Shown here: positions 1 to 13,736 of the stretch, piece after piece
Layout: each line of letters begins with the position of its first letter
Position numbering within the stretch: position 1 is the stretch's first letter
Assembly: GCA_964016885.1 (NCBI GenBank)
Contig: OZ024765.1
Coordinates: forward strand, 21,142,001-21,206,000
DNA: 64,000 nt
Reading direction: 5' to 3'
From: Eledone cirrhosa
Lineage: Eukaryota
The notes under the pieces: generated by a model
Told to the model about the DNA's origin: nothing
Database searches by the model: none
What the model saw: the letters and a program-made list of their open reading frames with translations, nothing else
Position numbers and translations under genes: made by a program

Positions 1-3000
1 GCATTCACTCTCACCACAGAGCAGATGTCGCTGTGCATGGCAGCGATCCAGCCTCTGAAGACGGGCCCAAAGCCAGCCGCCTTCAGGACTGCCGCTAGGT
101 AATGATGGTCGACCCTATCGAAAGCTTTCGACTGATCTAAATTGATCAAGGACCCACCCACGCCAGGTTCCCTAGCTACCCTATCCACGATGTATCGCAT
201 GAGGTGGAAGTTGTCGTGGATGGATCTGTCGGGAATGGCGCATGTCTGCACCTCTCCCACCAGACCACCAACGACAAGCGCCAACCTCTTTGCTAGCACC
301 TTGGCCAAAATCTTGAACTCTGTGTTTAGCAGAGTTATGGGCCTGAAATTATCTATGTTATCCCCCTTGATCGGATCCTTTCTCAGCAGCGCCACCGCTC
401 CTCGGCTCACAGAGCTGGGAATTCTCCCGTTCCGTTGCCAGTTGCAGTAGACGTCCGCCAAGAGGCCTCCGAACAAGTCTGGCATCTGTACGTAAAGTTC
501 ATAGGGCAGACCATCCAAACCAGGCGATTTACCCCTTGTGCAGCCAGTCATTGTCTCCCGTACTTCAGCGGCTGTTATCGGCTTTTCGCAACACTCCGCC
601 TCAGTGGCCGAGAGCCGCAGCAGTCCGTCGAGGTAGACACTAAAGTCCATCCCTCGATCCGGCCCGCCACTGCCCCCGAATAGCTGAGCGAAGTGTCGCT
701 GAAAAGCTTCACATATTTGCCCGGGATCGAGTAGCATGTGCCCGTCGTGGTCCACCAAAGACCGGATCGTCACTTTGTAGCCACGACACGCCTCCGCCAC
801 TCGGGCCCATTGAACGGCTTTCGTCCCCTCATGTCTGAGAGCACGTACCCTAACTTTGACAACGCAGCCTTCGTGCTTTGCATTGAAGAATTGGTCAAGG
901 GCCAATTTCGCCGCAAGTACGTCGGTCGCGATGCCTTTGCTAAGCGCCTCGTCTAATTTTCTAACTAGTTCTCCCTCCGCTCTATTTTTCTCTATTGCTA
1001 AAGCCTTACTAAACCTAATGGACTCTATTCTAATCGCTCTTTTCAGAGCAAACCACCACTTGTTGTTGATAGCCCCCGTCAACGCTTGCTTAACTAGTTC
1101 GCTAATCCGGTCTCTGTAGGCCTTGCGCACTGGTAAGGACGCGTTTAGCTTCCCGTAGCCGGGTCTTTGTCTATGAAGCCTATCTAAGTCAAGCACACAG
1201 ATCACGAATTTGTGGTCCGTGTAGCTGACTATCTTGAATTGTGGACAGCCTATACTAGACCTATCTATTTCCCTACAAAATACTCTATCTAGATATGATC
1301 TGGATGACCCGATGCGGTTTGTCCAAGTCCACATTGGCACATTCGTGAAATCCAATCGGTACCTGTCAGACAGTTCAAAACGGCTCCCCTATCTGCTAAT
1401 CCTACACAGTCCCAGCGTGCATCTAAGATCCCATTCCAGTCGCCCACTAACACTAAAGAACGGGACGTTCCTAGAAAGGTCTCCAGACGCCGGAAGAAAT
1501 CAGGCCGCCCTGCTCCTGTCGGGGCATAGACGGCCACTAGCTTGAAAGCTTGCCCGTCTCTGCTGGTCACTTCCAGCACCACCAACTTACCTTCTGGGTC
1601 CAGGAAGATGGCCCGTATGGCGAGATCCAAACCTCTCCGAAAAAGCACAGCAACTCCTCCCCCCATCCAGGACGGCTGGGAGATGCGTACACATCATAGA
1701 CGCCGAAGATCGGTGTGAAGGCCCATGCTTTGGAGATTCTGGTCTCGCTGATGGCCACTACATCTATGTTTAGTGACCTGAGGTCGTTGAGCAGGTGGCC
1801 CTGCTTCCATGATGACCCCAAGCCACGCATATTTATGCTGCCTATTCTGAGTGAGGTCATGTTGAAATGGAGTGGAAAAGATGGGAAAGACCACTTACCT
1901 TACTTCTCGTAGAGGAAGGATGGTTTCTCCATCCCTTTTCACTTGGTCGTCTGGTGAAGGGACTGTTGAATCGTCCCTTCGGCTGGTCGTCGGCTCTTCT
2001 GTGAGTATATCCGAATATACTCTCCGGTTGAGTGTCCTCCTAGGTCTCTGAAATCACCAACTGTGTTGGGGAATTTCATTTTAATGTTTGTGTATTGCTT
2101 CTGTGCTATTCTTACCAGTCTTATGTTAGTTGGTGTTTTGATTGGTTCTGGTATTATGTAGTCGTGCTGTGAAATGACTGTGTTCAATTATGTAAGTCAT
2201 TAGTTTCTTGTTGTGTGTATTAATTTCTGTGCATTTCTTTTTCTGGGGGTGGGGTGTGGTTCTGCTATTTTCTTGTCATTGTTGCTGGGTGTGTGTGTTT
2301 TGTTGTTGCGATGTTGGTGCTTGTGGTGGTGGTGTTGAAGGTGTTGTTGTTGTTGGCGGTGTGGTTGCCACCGGTGATGAAGGTGGTGCTAGTGTGGGTG
2401 GTGATGGTGTTGCTGCTGTAAGTCTCTTTGCAGTAGCCTTTACCCTTTTTTCATTTCTTCCCTCCCTTTTCGAAGGCGACGATGCGCTGCTTCTGCATTT
2501 GTGCCTTCTTGCGACCTTTTGCCATCCCTCTCCCACCTCACACTCCATCTCCGATTCTGTGAGGTCGGGGAGGGGTACCAGCTCCACTCTTTCACTTGTT
2601 CTTGTTAGTGATGTTTGCACTTGAGTCTCTGTTGCAGCTGCAGTTGGTATTACTGTTGTTGTTGTTAATACTGCCGCTGCTGCTGCTGTTCTTGATTTCC
2701 GTGGTGTGGGTATGGGTGCCACGGACCTATCATTCCTGCTTGCCACCTGTCCTGTTGCTGGTAGCAGTGGAGCCGGTTTCGGAAGGAGGGGGGGGGTCTC
2801 CTTTCTCAGGGTCTTCTCATTGCAGAAGGCCCTGAAGTGAGTCTTCGACCCACAGCGAAAGCATTTCGGGCGTTTGCCCTCAACACTTATGGGAAGTTGA
2901 GTGCCGTTATCGAAGTCTATCACATCCGGGATAGCTTCGATGCACTCCTGGTTGGTTTGAATTAACATCTCAATGGAGGTGCCGACCCAATCTTCTCGTA

Positions 3001-3573
3001 CATTTTTCTGTACTTGCAGTACAGTTGTTTTGTCCTCGATTCCGACGACAACAGAAGGGGCCATCCCGGGAGGGGGGGGGGATCAGTTTGACCCTCACAA
3101 TTTTTTGCCCGCAGTAGGACGGCACCAGCACCATTTCCTCGCTCCTTAGGGTCACTAAGGATTGAACTTTTGCCTCCAGGGTGTGGCAAAAAGCACGTCC
3201 ACATATATCTTGCCTCGGGTGATATGCGTTTTCCGCTGCCACACAGACCCTAAGGCTTTTTGTATTTGAGCCCTGTGGCTCTTTCAACCCTACGGGATTT
3301 TGTGCTTACTGTACGGTACGTGACCGTACAGTGCTGTTGGGTTTCGAGAAAATTTTCGGCTGCCTTGCAGATTGCTCGGTGTCCGGTTTTCGTCACCATC
3401 TTCTTTGCTTTCTGTAATTCCTCATTTGTTATAAGGATGGTTTCCAGGTTCTTTGCGATACCTGCAAACGAGATTGGTTTTTCTTTCTTGTTGTTGTTGT
3501 TGTCGTCAGAGCTGCTGTTACTTTTGTTGTTGCTGCTGGTACTACGACTGCCGCCGCCACTGTTGCTGTGGTT

Positions 3574-3604
<31 letters not shown>

Positions 3605-4226
3605 TTGCTGTTGCTGCTGTTGTTGTTTATGCTGCTGCTGATGTTGCTGCGGCTGCTACTAGTGTTTTCCTTGTCACTGTTGCTGCTGCTGCTGTTATTA
3701 TGGCTGCTGCTGCTGCTATTCTTCATGACGTCAGACGAATGAAATGGCTTTCCGTATTTACGGCACACATTTTTCGTCGTTGTCGTCGTCGTGGAGAAAT
3801 GTTCTATGGCATGCACGTTCTCTTGGTGAAAGCTACCAGAAACTATATTTTTCTTTTTCGTTAATGGCGTCGCTTGCGAAAGAGGCGACACCACATTTAG
3901 AGAAGGGAAGGAGAGAGACAATCTTCTCTCTGATGTAGTGACAATTGAGGAAGAAGAAAAAGACGGAATGAGTGGAAGTGACTTGTGAAAATTCTTTTTT
4001 GTAGCCATGTTTTTTTTTTACGGTTTAAAATGAATATTGGGCACAAAACCCCAATAAGCGGTTATTTAACCCCGAAGGGCCAAATAACGAGCAGAAAGAC
4101 CCCTCTCATGAGGAGGAGGGTGTTTTTATCTACAATTTGGTTCAAGTTTTAAACAATTTACAATTGTTATAGCAGTTAAAAATTACTGTACCTTACAGAG
4201 CCAAGCCTCCGTCAACCATGGCATTC
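1..4226 (-). mobile_element. Tx1/L1-like non-LTR retrotransposon, degenerate (ORF1 with zinc knuckle; ORF2 APE endonuclease + RT), running off the left edge
   Basis: ORF1 pieces 3250-4008 and 2276-3064 contain CFRCGSKTHFRAFC (CCHC knuckle). ORF2 starts MTSLRIGSINMRGL...VVAISET (1567-1860), then AVYAP...LVGDWN (1289-1666). RT motif LINLDQSKAFDRVDH near 105-150. Frameshifted. Confidence 0.85.
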
Positions 4227-4244
4227 AATAATAATAATAATAAT

Positions 4245-4431
4245 TGTTTCTACGTTAGGCACAAGGCCAACAATTACCCAATGCATTACTGGTACTTTAT
4301 TTTATCAACCCCGGAAGGATGAAAGGCAAAGTTAACCTCGGTGGGATTTGAACTCAGATCGTAAAGGGACGTAACTCTTTGCGTCAAAGCATGGCGTCCG
4401 ACCCTCTACCGATACTGCCAATCTACCGCCC
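4245..4431 (-). mobile_element. tRNA-derived SINE, family A
   Basis: Minus strand has A-box TGGCAGTATCGG, B-box GAGTTCAAATCC, central GCCTTTCATCCTTCCGGGGTTGATAAA and a (TTA)n tail. Further copies at 5098-5276, 37508-37687 and 38490-38676. Confidence 0.8.
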
Positions 4432-4435
4432 TACC

Positions 4436-4449
<14 letters not shown>

Positions 4450-4470
<21 letters not shown>

Positions 4471-4966
4471 GTTTCTTTATTGGCCACAAGGGCTGACACC
4501 AAGAAAAACATTAGAGACGGTACAGAACGGTACAAAGTGGGTTTAAAAATGTGATAACAAGAAGATAGAAATGTGTAAAAACAAATAAAAAAATTCAAAC
4601 AACAAAAATTCCCCAATAAGGGGGAAACTTCCAAGGGTCACTCGTGGCGAAAACCACACGGAATACCACGGCCACCCTGACCACCAGGGCAGCGCCCTCT
4701 CTCAGTTCTCCCACTCCTCAGTCTACAGGCACAGACTCGCCACTTTCACCTTTCAACAAACTTACTACAAGACAGCACTTGCCTCTCCACTTCAAGTGAA
4801 ACTTGAAAAAGTTAATCAGGGATTCGCTGGAGAGGAAAGTCTCCATCTTCAACCCTTTCAACCTTGTCCACCACACAATCTCTTTCGCTATGGCCACCAG
4901 GCATATGAAAACTGACTGCCCTTCCTCCTCCTTAAAGGAGGATGGTGGGGCTATCTGCACAATGGA
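4450..4966 (-). mobile_element. 3' fragment of a Tx1/L1-like LINE
   Basis: ORF 4718-4960 (AIAKEIVWWTRLK...FFKFHLK) resembles a LINE ORF2 C-terminus, followed by AATAAA and a (TTA)n tail. Confidence 0.55.
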
Positions 4967-4982
4967 AATTATTGTGTATATA

Positions 4983-5053
4983 TACGAGGGTTGGCTGAAA
5001 AGTTAATGGCCTGACTAAGATACTCTCATGGAATGACCAAATGAGGTTTATTT
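4983..5053 (+). mobile_element. Mariner/Tc1-like terminal inverted repeat remnant
   Basis: TA-CGAGGGTTGGCTGAAAAGT resembles a mariner TIR start; no partner TIR seen. Confidence 0.4.
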
Positions 5054-5097
5054 AAAAAAAGAACAATGCAGTTATTAATAAGAAGAGTGAAAATTAA

Positions 5098-5276
5098 TTG
5101 TTTCTACTTTTGGCACAAGGCCAGCAATTATCCCAGTGTATTACTGGTACTTTATTTTATCGACCCCGTAAGGAAGAAAGGCAAAGTTAACCTCGCCTAA
5201 CATCCTTACGGGGTCGATAAAATAAAGTACCAGTAATGCACTGGGATAATTGCTGACCTTGTGCCAAAAGTAGAGT
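5098..5276. repeat. Two inverted 3' halves of SINE family A forming a hairpin
   Basis: ctacttttggcacaagg...cgaccccgtaagga is mirrored by tccttacggggtcg...ccttgtgccaaaagtag. Confidence 0.75.
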
Positions 5277-5354
5277 TAAAATTAATAAAATAACATGCAA
5301 GATTTCTCAGCTCTAACATCACCTTACAGCGCCAACCCTGCTCATTTTACTCAC

Positions 5355-5523
5355 CCCTGAACAGCTCGGCTGAGAATGTTGGTAACAGAATTTCACGGCA
5401 CATCGGAAGAAAATGGAGTCATATCCTGTAAACTTGAACGCCTCAAAGACATCTGTCACAGCTAGGTCACCATCTTCAGTGATGCCATGGAAGGGAGGCA
5501 CAAGTCCCTGGCCTGTCACACAT
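5355..5523 (-). CDS. ZP-domain protein exon 10 (ZP-C end)
   Basis: ttccag/...TCAGGG/gtgagt; encodes (G)CVTGQGLVPPFHGITEDGDLAVTDVFEAFKFTGYDSIFFRCAVKFCYQHSQPSCSG, the ZP-C F-x-AFKF...C-x-V-x-x-C signature; 169 nt, phase matches the upstream exon. Confidence 0.92.
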
Positions 5524-5564
5524 CTGGAATTGAGGACATATTACTGTTGTTGTAACAGATGGTA

Positions 5565-6180
5565 AGTAGTGGTGGTGATGGTGGTGGTGGTGTAGTGTGG
5601 TGTTGGTGGTGGTGGTGGTAGTGGTGGTGTAGTGTGGTGGTGATGGTGGTGGTGATGCTAGTGGTTGTGGTGGTTGAGGTGGTGGTAGTGGTGGTGGTGT
5701 AGTGTGGTGGTGGTGGTGGAGAAGGTGGAAGTGGTGGTGGTGGAGGTGGTGGTGGTAGTGGTGGTGGTGATGATGGTGGTGGTGGTGTAGTGTGGTGGTG
5801 GTAGTGGTGGTGTAGTGTGGTGGTAGTGGTGGTGTACTGTGGTGGTGGTGGTGGTGGTGGTGGTGGTGGTGTAGTATGGTGGTGGTGGTGTTGGTAGTAG
5901 TGGTGGTGGTGGTGGTGTTGGTAGTAGTGGTGGTGGTGGTGGAGAAGGTGGTAGTGGTGGTGGTGGTGGTAGTGTAGGTGGAGGTGGTGGTAGTGGCAGT
6001 GATAGTGGTTGTGGTGGTGTAGTGTGGTGGTGGTGGTGGTGGTAGTGGTGGTGGTGGTGTTAGTGGTGGTAGTGGTGGCGATGGTGGAGGTGGTTGTGGT
6101 GGTGGTGTTTTTGTTGTAGATGGTGTTGGTGGTAATGGTGATGGTGGTGGTTGTTGTTGTGGTGCTGCTGATGATGATAA
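5565..6180. repeat. (GGT/GTA)n low-complexity tract
   Basis: Degenerate trinucleotide repeat filling the intron between ZP exons 9 and 10. Confidence 0.9.
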
Positions 6181-6210
6181 GGAAGTAATAAATAAATAAA
6201 CCATTCTTAC

Positions 6211-6295
6211 CCATTAGTGTCCAGAATTGGTATTTTAATTTGACCATTGAGATCCGGCAGAGCATCGCATGACCTTACTTGGAGACCAACAATAA
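6211..6295 (-). CDS. ZP-domain protein exon 9 (ZP-C)
   Basis: ttctcag/...ACTAATGG/gtaaga; (V)IVGLQVRSCDALPDLNGQIKIPILDTN(G); 85 nt, phases 1 and 2 consistent with neighbours. Confidence 0.9.
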
Positions 6296-6380
6296 CTGAG
6301 AACAAAATAGGAATGTGTAGTTTATAGAAATATTGTAACATATATATATATATATTATATACATGTACATATATATATAC

Positions 6381-9300
6381 ATCATCATCATCATCATCGT
6401 TTTACGTCCATTCTTCCACGCTAGCATGGGTTAGACGGGTTGTCCTGTTGTGGGCAGTGTCTGGTCGGCTGACCATGCCTTGCTCATACAGGAACTGATT
6501 TGGCTTGATTTCTACAGCTGGATGCCCTTCCTAACACCAACCTCATTTTCAATGAGTGCTGGGTGCTTTTTTTCCGTGGCACCTGCACGTCCACTTTACA
6601 GTGGGAAAGGGAGCTTTTTGTCATGACACCTCCACGACCACTTTGCAGTGGGAGGGTGTGGGGGCATATTGTCTATATGCTTCAGCTTCGGCTTGTACCC
6701 GTGGGGGGTCAGGTCTTCTCTATTACTGCGTGACGCCAGAGGTCACGGTCGTGTGTCATCGCCTTTGAAAGGTGTAACCAATTACACCTCTAAGGTTGGC
6801 TTTTATCACCTCATCCCAGGTCTTCTTGGGTCTCCCCACTCCGCGGCTTCCATTGACTTCTAGTGCTCTGCACCTTTTTATGCAGCTGCCATCCTTCATA
6901 CGCATCACATGTCCATACCAACGCAACCACCTCTCCTGCACATAGCATTTGATTCCTCTTATGCTCAGTCTCTCTCTCAATTCGTTTATACTTTGCCATT
7001 CGTGTATATTACTATTACACATCCATCGGAGCATGCAGGCTTCGTTTCTATCTAATCTACGCAAGTCTTCCACAGACAGCGCCCAGGTCTCACTACCATG
7101 TAACATCGCTGTTCGGATACACGCATCATACAGTCTGCCTTTCATTTTGAGGGAAAAGCCTTTTGCAGGTAGCAGTGGCAGTAGTTCCCTGAACTTCTTC
7201 CATCTCGTTCTTACCCTAGTTATTGTACTTTTCGAACACCCACCTCCACTGCTAGTTTGGTCACCTAGGTAGCAGAAGCTGTCTACTGTTTCTACAGAGC
7301 CCTCCCTGAGATTGGTGGTACTTGTTTCCTGTGGCTGTTTGCTGCTTGCTGTCCCAGCACAGCTGCTGCATGTGAAGCCTACATTCTTAGTTAAGCTTCT
7401 TGAGATCCCAATACATCTCTTGTGTACCCATTGTTTGCATTTGGGGCAGAGAATGGAGTTCCTACCTACACGTTTCTTACATACTAAGCAAGGCCATTTC
7501 CCTGAGGGGATCTGGGTTCTGTTTTCTCGTCTACTTACAAGGACCTTAGTCTTTGTCAGGTTGACTTTGAGACCCTTTCTTTCTAGTCCCTGCTTCCAAG
7601 TTTGGAATTTCTTCTCTAGTTCTACCATAGATTCAGCTATAAGTGGGAGGTCATCTGCATGCAGGAGTTCCCATGGGCATCCAGTCTTAAACCCCTCTGT
7701 TATTGCCTGACAGGAGAAGGCTAAGAACAGAGCCCTGGTTGACACCGACCTGTATGCTAAATTCCTCGCTATAATCATTACTAATCCTAACTTTGCTGAC
7801 TGCTCCCATATACATGGCTTGTACAGCTTTCACAAGCCATTCAACTACTCCGAGTTTTCTAAGAGTTTTCTAAGAGCCCACCAGATTATAGCACGGGATC
7901 TCTGTCAAAGGCTTTCTTGAGATCGACGAATGCAAGGTAGAGCGGCTTACTTTTAGCTAGGTACTTTTCCTGTAACTGCCTCACAAGGAAGAGGGCATCA
8001 GTGGTGCCTCTTCCTGGTACAAACCCAAATTGCATCTCGTCTATTTTCACCCGGTCACTAATTAACTATGCTATAACTCTTTCTGTTACTTTCATGACCT
8101 GGTCCATCAGCTTTATACCTCTATAGTTTCCTCTATCTAGTGCATCACCTTTACCCTTGTAGCAGTTGACAATGATGCTACTGCACCAATCTTTTGGTAT
8201 GACACCTTCTAGTATTACCTGGTTAACAATACATGTGGTTATAGTGTGACCTACAGACCCAGATGCCTTCAGCATCTCGGCAGCTATACCCGATGGACTA
8301 GTTGCCTTCCCCGTCTTCATATCTTTGATTGCCTTACTTACTACGCTGCTGCTGACTTGTACTGCTGGCCCCTCTATAGGGTCTACTTGGAGTAGGGTCT
8401 CTTCTTCCCATGCATTCTCCTCATTTAGTAATCTTTCATAATGGCTCTTCCACGCAGCTTTCTTCTCAGCACTTGTGAGCGCAAGCTCACCTTTATCATT
8501 CCGGATACACTTCTCTCCAATAACATCACAATTCTCTCTGACACACTGCCTCACAATCTTGAACACCTCCTGTTTCTGGTCCCCACGTTGCAAAACATGC
8601 TTGAATTTTCTATCCTCTGCTTCCCTCCTAGCTAAGTATACTTGTCGCCTAGCTTCCCTCTTGGTCTCTATGTAATGTACCCTGCTCCCCCCGTTCTTCC
8701 ATTCTTTCCATGCCTGTCTCTTAGCCTTAACTGCCTCATCTACCTTATTGTTCCACCACCAAGTCACTCTCCTCCTGCCTGTGGTCTTACTCCAGCCACA
8801 GACCTCATCCGTCGCCTCTAGTAAGTTATTTTTTAGGAATTCCCAGTTCTCTTCTACATTGAATGTCTCTATCTGTTCTTTACTGTCGTAGGCGTTGAGT
8901 AAAATATCTTTAAATCTGTTACTGGCTGAGAGGTCTTTCAGCTTCCAGATCTTTCTTCTCCAGGTTGGCCTCTGTTTCCAGGTTCGTCTAGTTCTGACCG
9001 TGAGGTCGGTGACAACTAAGTTATGTTGGGAGGTACATTCCTCACTAGGGAAGACTTTTGTGTTTACGACCGTCCATCTGTCATGTCCTCTGATGAAGAT
9101 AAAATCTATCTGACTAGAATGCTCCCCTGATCTATAGGTGATCAGGTGGTTGTCGGGTTTTTTGAAGTTTGTGTTACATATCGACATGTCATTGGCATCG
9201 CAGAATTCTAGAAGCCTGAATCCTTCTTCATTTCTTGAGCCAACCCCATGGCCTTGATGGACTCTATAGAAGCCATCACGGTGTTTACCTACATGTCCGT

Positions 9301-10330
9301 TAAAATCTCCTGCAATGATTAGGAAGTCATTGTCGTTTGTTAGAGCAGCAGTGTCCATTAGGGACTCGTAAAACCTATCCTTAAGTTTGTCTGGCAACCC
9401 CGATTGGGGTGCGTAAGCTGATATTATTGTGGTAATTGTTTTATTCAGGACTAGTCTGAGTTTAATGATTCTTGCGTAGACCCTGTTCACTGAGATTACC
9501 TTATCTACCCACTTGTCAGCTAGTAGAATACATACACCACCCATCCCATCGACATTTGCCACCCAGAAAAATTTGTAGCACTGACTTTTTCCTGCAAGAA
9601 CTCTAGCAGACCCTCCTCTCCATCTAGTCTCTTGCACACAGCATACATCAATTTCCTTTCGCTCTCGCATCTCTATGATTTCTCCTGCTCTTCCTTTCAT
9701 TGTGCTTACATTGATGGTTCCAACTCGGAGTTTTGGGCATTTGTCAACATTCGTGGGAAAGGGTAAATTTTTGCAGGGGTGTGCGTGTGCTTCCTTTCTC
9801 TGAATTGAAGCTTCACATGGGTGCTTGGTTGCTTGAGGATTCATATTCATTTTCATTTATTAATTCAGGGTTGCTCCATTTATTCTCAGCTCATTCATAC
9901 ATAACGGTAGGAAAATTCAGGGCTAGAAGAACAGTGGTGGTGGTAATAATGGCAGGGTGTGTTGGGGCTGGGACGGGGGAGGAGAGAGATAGGTAGTAGT
10001 AGAAATGGCAGGGTTTGTTGGTGTTGGTAATGGGTGAGGGGGGACATGTCCGGTTTGATTGGTCGAATAGGCTATGGTGGTGTGAGGGAAATTGTGAGAT
10101 AGGCCTATAGCATCTCAGGGCGAAATAAACCGATACAAGTACCTATATTAGACAAGGCGAAATGTTAGGATTTCGAAGGGACTAGATGACTTGGTAGAGA
10201 GAGTTAGAGACAGGGATACTGGCCAGCGGGAAAGACAGGGGTAAAGAATAAATATAAGTTGTGAAGGGGCCAGCGTAATGATAAATACAACAATAATAAT
10301 AGTGTAAGAGAGAGGAAGGGAGTAGATGAC
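6381..10330 (-). mobile_element. Near full-length RTE-clade LINE (APE + RT), frameshifted
   Basis: ORF 8066-9856 has GTINV, CCVQETRW, SAYAPQ, AGDFNGHVG, SQIDF and NYRGIKL. ORF 6756-7778 has LLHADDL, FCYLG, MLHGSETW, LRWYGHV and GRPKKTW. (ATG)n 3' tail at 6381-6398. Confidence 0.92.
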
Positions 10331-10598
10331 TATACATATACATTATATATACATGTACATATATACCATATATACTTATATATGTATATTATACATACAT
10401 ATACATATACATATATATATTATATTCATATATCTATATTATATATAAATATGTATATATTATATATACATATATATATTATATATACATATATATATTA
10501 TATACATATATATATTATATACATATTATATATATATTACATACAATATATATATATATATATACATACATATATATATTATATATATATATATATAT

Positions 10599-10640
<42 letters not shown>

Positions 10641-10697
10641 CATATATATATTATATATATATATACATACATATATATATTATATATATATATATAT

Positions 10698-10735
<38 letters not shown>

Positions 10736-10802
10736 CATATATATATTATATATATATATACATACATATATATATTATATACATATTATATATATATTAC
10801 AT

Positions 10803-10840
<38 letters not shown>

Positions 10841-10881
10841 CATATATATATTATATACATATTATATATATATTACATACA

Positions 10882-10956
<75 letters not shown>

Positions 10957-10986
10957 CATATATATATTATATATATATATATATAT

Positions 10987-11040
<54 letters not shown>

Positions 11041-11108
11041 CATATATATATTATATATATATATATATATTATATACATACATATATATATTATATATAT
11101 ATATATAT

Positions 11109-11140
<32 letters not shown>
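10331..11140. repeat. (TA)n-rich microsatellite block
   Basis: Direct reading; similar blocks at 28685-29157, 31812-32180, 40130-41757, 42865-44055, 50135-50885 and 61437-62300. Confidence 0.95.
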
Positions 11141-11149
<9 letters not shown>

Positions 11150-11427
11150 CGTAAAATAAGAAAATTATAAAATTAACTTACTTACTAAAATTTCACTCCC
11201 AACTAATTAGTTTCTGAAATGGAATAAATATACTTTCCGAAGAAATGACGACGAAATGCTTCTCTATATTTTCTTCAGAAAGTATATTTATTCCATTTCA
11301 GAAACTAATTAGTTGGGAGTGAAATTTTAGTAAGTAAGTTAATTTTATAATTTTCTTATTTTACGTCTCTCATATTATTGTTCTGCAACCCCATGCATTG
11401 AACCACAAAGTTACTAAGACAAAACCT
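11141..11427 (+). mobile_element. Fold-back element (~105-bp arms + ~50-bp unique tail) in (TA)n; PLE-terminus-like
   Basis: 11141-11245 is the reverse complement of 11271-11374. Only the 3' half of a hammerhead-like motif is present (GAAAC TAATTA GTT). Confidence 0.6.
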
Positions 11428-11572
11428 ATATATTTGCTAGCATTGATATGCATCTGTATGTATATATATGTTACTAGATATTAATTCTTTATATATATAT
11501 ATATGTATATATATATATACATATATTATATATATATATATATTTAGCGATTTTATGTATATATATATATAT

Positions 11573-13405
11573 ATGACGACGGCTGGAGAGAAATGAGGCA
11601 AGCATGCTCCGTTGGATGTGCAATGTCAATGTGCGTGAATGACCCAGCATGAATGTGTTGAGAGAGAAACTGTGTCTGAGAGGGATAGAATGTAGTGTAC
11701 GGGAGAGGAGACTGAGGTGGTATGGACATGTGATGTGTTGAGAGAGAAACTGTGTCTGAGAGAGATAGAATGTAGTGTACAGGAGAGGAGACTGAGGTGG
11801 TATGGACATGTGATGTGTTGAGAGAGAAACTGTGTCTGAGAGGGATAGAATGTAGTGTACGGGAGAGGAGACTGAGGTGGTATGGACATGTGATGTGTTG
11901 AGAGAGAAACTGTGTCTGAGAGAGATAGAATGTAGTGTACGGGAGAGGAGACTGAGGTGGTATGGACATGTAATGTGTTGAGAGAGAAACTGTGTCTGAG
12001 AGAGATAGAATGTAGTGTACGGGTGAGGAGACTGAGGTGGTATGGACATGTGATGTGTTGAGAGAGAAACTGTGTCTGAGAGAGATAGAATGTAGTGTAC
12101 AGGAGAGTAGACAGGTGGTATGGACATGTGATGTGTTGAGAGAGAAACTGTGTCTGAGAGGGATAGAATGTACTGTACGGGAGAGGAGACTGAGGTGGTA
12201 TGGACATGTGATGTGTTGAGAGAGAAACTGTGTCTGAGAGGGATAGAATGTAGTGTACGGGAGAGGAGACTGAGGTGGTATGGACATGTGATGTGTTGAG
12301 AGAGAAACAGTGTCTGAGAGGGATAGAATGTAGTGTACGGGAGAGGAGACTGAGGTGGTATGGACATGTGATGTGTTGAGAGAGAAACTGTGTCTGAGAG
12401 GGATAGAATGTAGTGTACGGGAGAGGAGACTGAGGTGGTATGGACATGTGATGTGTTGAGAGAGAAACTGTGTCTGAGAGAGATAGAATGTAGTGTACGG
12501 GAGAGGAGACTGAGGTGGTATGGACATGTAATGTGTTGAGAGAGAAACTGTGTCTGAGAGAGATAGAATGTAGTGTACGGGTGAGGAGACTGAGGTGGTA
12601 TGGACATGTGATGTGTTGAGAGAGAAACTGTGTCTGAGAGAGATAGAATGTAGTGTACAGGAGAGTAGACAGGTAGTATGGACATGTGATGTGTTGAGAG
12701 AGAAACTGTGTCTGAGAGGGATAGAATGTAGTGTACGGGAGAGGAGACTGAGGTGGTATGGACATGTGATGTGTTGAGAGAGAAACTGTGTCTGAGAGAG
12801 ATAGAATGTAGTGTACGGGAGAGGAGACTGAGGTGGTATGGACATGTGATGTGTTGAGAGAGAAACTGTGTCTGAGAGAGATAGAATGTAGTGTACGGGA
12901 GAGGAGACTGAAGTGGTATGGACATGTGATGTGTTGAGAGAGAAACTGTGTCTGAGAGGGATAGAATGTAGTGTACGGAAGAGGAGACTGAGGTGGTATG
13001 GACATGTGATGTGTTGAGAGAGAAACTGTGTCTGAGAGGGATAGAATGTAGTGTACGGGAGAGGAGACTGAGGTGGTATGGACATGTGATGTGTTGAGAG
13101 AGAAACTGTGTCTGAGAGAGATAGAATGTAGTGTACGGGAGAGGAGACTGAGGTGGTATGGACATGTGATGCGCATGGAGGATGACCGATGGGTGAAGAA
13201 GTGCCAGGAAATGCCAGTTGAAGGAAGACGTGGTAGAGGTAGACCACGAAAAACATGGGCGGAGGTGGTGAGAACAGACCTCAGATCGCTGAAGCTCACG
13301 GTGGAGATGACGAAGGACCGTGACGAGTGGAGAGATGCTGTGGTGAATAAGACCCGTCCCACCCTTGCAAGCAGGGAAAAGCAGACGTAAAATGATGATG
13401 ATGAT
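11573..13405 (+). mobile_element. 5'-truncated RTE LINE with an internal 80-bp tandem expansion (~19 copies, 11654-13171)
   Basis: Flanks encode RRLERNEASMLRWMC and RMEDDRWVKKC...GRPRKTW; the unit covers [27 protein letters not shown]; (ATG)n tail. An unexpanded relative lies at 56980-57550. Confidence 0.9.
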
Positions 13406-13532
13406 ATATATATGTGTATGAGTATATATATATGTGTGTATGAGTATATATATGTATATATATATATATACACAGAGACACTCCACACCCACCCACACTG
13501 CAGATCAATAAATCAATATTTAGTTCTCTCAC

Positions 13533-13672
13533 CTGGTGTTGTCTCCAAAGTTACCCTCAGACGGATCTTATCTCCAATGGAAACAACATCGGACAAAATG
13601 GTTCCATTGGAGGATACAACCTCCAGTGTTACCTTTGGACTGTCTTGAGTGGCGTTGGTCATGGGTGGATCC
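13533..13672 (-). CDS. ZP-domain protein exon 8 (linker + ZP-C start)
   Basis: ctacatcag/...ACACCAG/gtgaga; (G)DPPMTNATQDSPKVTLEVVSSNGTILSDVVSIGDKIRLRVTLETTP; contains the ZP-C V-x-IGD-x-I-x-L motif; 140 nt. Confidence 0.9.
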
Positions 13673-13736
13673 CTGATGTAGGAGAAGAAGAAGAAGAAAT
13701 GTATGTTAAGGCCACTTACCCCATCTATCTATCTAT

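Noticed and set aside
11489-13498. Three overlapping 567-669-aa minus-strand ORFs
   Set aside because: Antisense readings of the 80-bp RTE-derived tandem repeat.
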